Origin: the human T2T-CHM13v2.0 reference genome, Homo sapiens
Reading direction: 5' to 3' (one strand)
DNA length: 64,000 bases
Assembly: GCF_009914755.1 (NCBI RefSeq)
Contig: NC_060932.1
This document shows positions 61,794-64,000 of the stretch, in pieces. Every line of letters starts with the position of its first letter. Positions within the stretch are counted from its first letter, which is position 1. A program made the position numbers and the translations under genes. Below the pieces are notes generated by a model, which was given only the letters and a program-made list of their open reading frames with translations, had not been told where the DNA came from and ran no database searches.

Positions 61794-62074
61794 TTTTTTT
61801 CTTTTCTTTTCTTTTCCTTTTTGAGGCGGAGACTCGCTCTGTCGGCATAATCTTGGCTCACTACAACCTCCCCTCCCGGGTTCAAGTGATTCTCCCGCTT
61901 CAGCCTCCAAGTATCTAGACTATAGGTGCACGCCACCACGTCCAGCTAATTTTTGTATTTTTAGTAGAGACAGGGTTTCACCATGTTGGCCAGGATGGTC
62001 TCAATCTCCTGACCTCATGATCCATCAACCTTGGCCTCCCAAAGTGCCGGGATTACAGATGTCAGCCACCACAC
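61794..62074 (-). mobile_element. AluS (Sc-like) with an internal deletion
   Basis: CCAGGATGGTCTCAATCTCCTGACCTCATGATCC. Confidence 0.9.
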
Positions 62075-62597
62075 GATCTCTCTGTCTATAATCTTCACCT
62101 TTTCCAATTTACACTCCAATTCAACTTACCCTTTCTAACACTTAATTCTTAAATTCCTCCTCTACAACAAAATTTATAATAGTTGTCAATCTTCTACAAT
62201 AGTGATTCTCAAATTTAGAACTGTAATGTCTCTTTATATGTGAAAAAAAATCCATGTGAATTAGTCTCCTTTTGCTGCTATAACAAATTCCTGCAAACTT
62301 GGTGGCTAAAATGACACAAATGTATGATCTTACAGTTGCAGCGGTCAGAAGTTTGATATTGAGTGTCACTGGGCTAAAACCAAGGTGTCAGCAGAACTGC
62401 ATTCCTGCTGTGGAATCCAGGGAAGAGTCCCTGTCTTGGCTTTCTCTAGCTTCTAGAGGCTGCTGCATTCCTTAGCTCCTGGCTCTCTTTCATCTTCAAA
62501 GCCAGCAAAGGCCAGGCGAGTCTTTCTCATGCTGTGTCACGTCTCCTTCTCTGACTCTGACCCTCCTGCCTCCCTCTTTCACTTACGAGGACCCTGT

Positions 62598-62913
62598 TCC
62601 GGGCGTGGAGGCTCATGCCTCTAATTTCAACACTTCGGGAGACCGAGGCGGGTGGATCACTTGAGGTCAGGAGTTCAAGACCAGCCTGGCCAATATGACA
62701 AAACCCTATCTCTACTAAAAATACAAAGATTAACCAGGCGTGGTGGTACATGCCTGTAATCTCAGCTACTTGGGAAGCTGAGGCATGAGAATTGCTTGAA
62801 CCCGGGAGGCAGAGGTTGCAGTGAGCCAAGATCACGCCTCTACGCTCCAGCCTGAGTGACAGAGCAAGACTCTATCTCAAAAATAATAAAAATTAAAAAT
62901 TAAAATTAAAATT
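62598..62913 (+). mobile_element. AluS
   Basis: Alu dimer with (AAAATT)n tail. Confidence 0.93.
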
Positions 62914-63350
62914 AAGGACGCTTGGGATTACATGGGGGCCATCTGGATAATGCAGGAGAATCTCCCTGATATAGGCTGAATAGCTGTCCCCACCCAAATC
63001 TCATGCTGAATTGTAATCCCCAGTGCTGAAGGTAGGGCCAGGTGGGGCCAGGTGGGGCAGGGGAGGGCAGGCAGGGAGGTGTTTGGATCATAGGGGTGGA
63101 TCCCTCATAGCTTGGTACTGTCTCTGTGATAGTGACTTCTTGAGAGACATGGCCATTTAAAAGTGTGTGGCACCTTCTCCCTTCGCTACTCTCTCTGTTG
63201 TTCCTGCTTTCACCATTGAGGCACAAGCTCCCACTTAGCCTTCCGCCATGTGTGAAAGCTCCCTGGGCCTCCCCAGAAACCGCCCAGAGCCAAATGATGT
63301 CAGTGCCATGCTTCCTGTACAGCCTGCAGAACTGTGAGCCAATTAAACCT

Positions 63351-63426
63351 CTTTTGTTTGTTTTCTTTCTTATTTATTTATTTATTTTTGAGGCAAGGTC
63401 TCACACTGTCACCCAGACTGGAGTGC
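63351..63426 (-). mobile_element. Short 5'-truncated Alu
   Basis: T tail plus GAGGCAAGGTCTCACACTGTCACCCAGACTGGAGTGC. Flanked by TAAACCTCTTTT. Confidence 0.85.
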
Positions 63427-63429
63427 TAA

Positions 63430-63758
<329 letters not shown>

Positions 63759-63885
63759 CTAAGCCTCTTTTCTTTACATATTACCCAGTCTCCAGTATTT
63801 CTTTACAGCAATGCAAGGACAGCCTAAGGCACTCCCCACCTCACCATCTGTAACAGAATCACACCTGCACAGTCCCTTTGGCCAT

Positions 63886-64000
63886 GTGTATTAGTTTGCT
63901 TGGGCTGCCATAACAAAATACCATGAACTGAGTGGCTACACAACAGACATTAATCTTCTCCCAGTTCTGGAGGCTGGAAGTCCAAGATCAAGGTGTTGGC
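63886..64000 (-). mobile_element. MLT1 LTR running off the window edge
   Basis: TGTATTAGTTTGCTTGGGCTGCCATAACAAAATACC...GGAAGTCCAAGATCAAGG. Confidence 0.85.

Overview
This is human (or at least hominid) non-coding DNA rich in interspersed repeats. I find no credible host protein-coding gene. Apart from the L1 ORF2 fragment, the ORFs in the track look like repeat-derived or chance frames. The window holds about 30 Alu elements, at least 9 MaLR solo LTRs (THE1/MST/MLT1), two LTR8-family LTRs, a MER34-like LTR, old L1 fragments, MIR/L2/CR1 remnants and microsatellites. The youngest element is a 5'-truncated L1HS Ta-1 on the minus strand (48510-51386). It has an uninterrupted, endonuclease-less ORF2, a 9-nt non-A tag between two A16 tracts (a likely micro 3' transduction), and no clean target-site duplication (TSD). 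Other notable items are a 30-nt U6 snRNA 5'-end retrocopy with a 17-bp TSD, two ~230-260 bp local templated copy insertions, a fold-back scar replacing an Alu right arm, a tailless AluY fused to an inverted Alu, and serial Alu insertions at one site. Repeat-poor blocks rich in homeodomain motifs may be enhancers. I cannot identify the locus. I see no evidence of a new biological system; the best findings are mechanistic footprints of retrotransposition and DNA repair. Repeat subfamilies were called from remembered consensus sequences, and boundaries are approximate unless a TSD is quoted.
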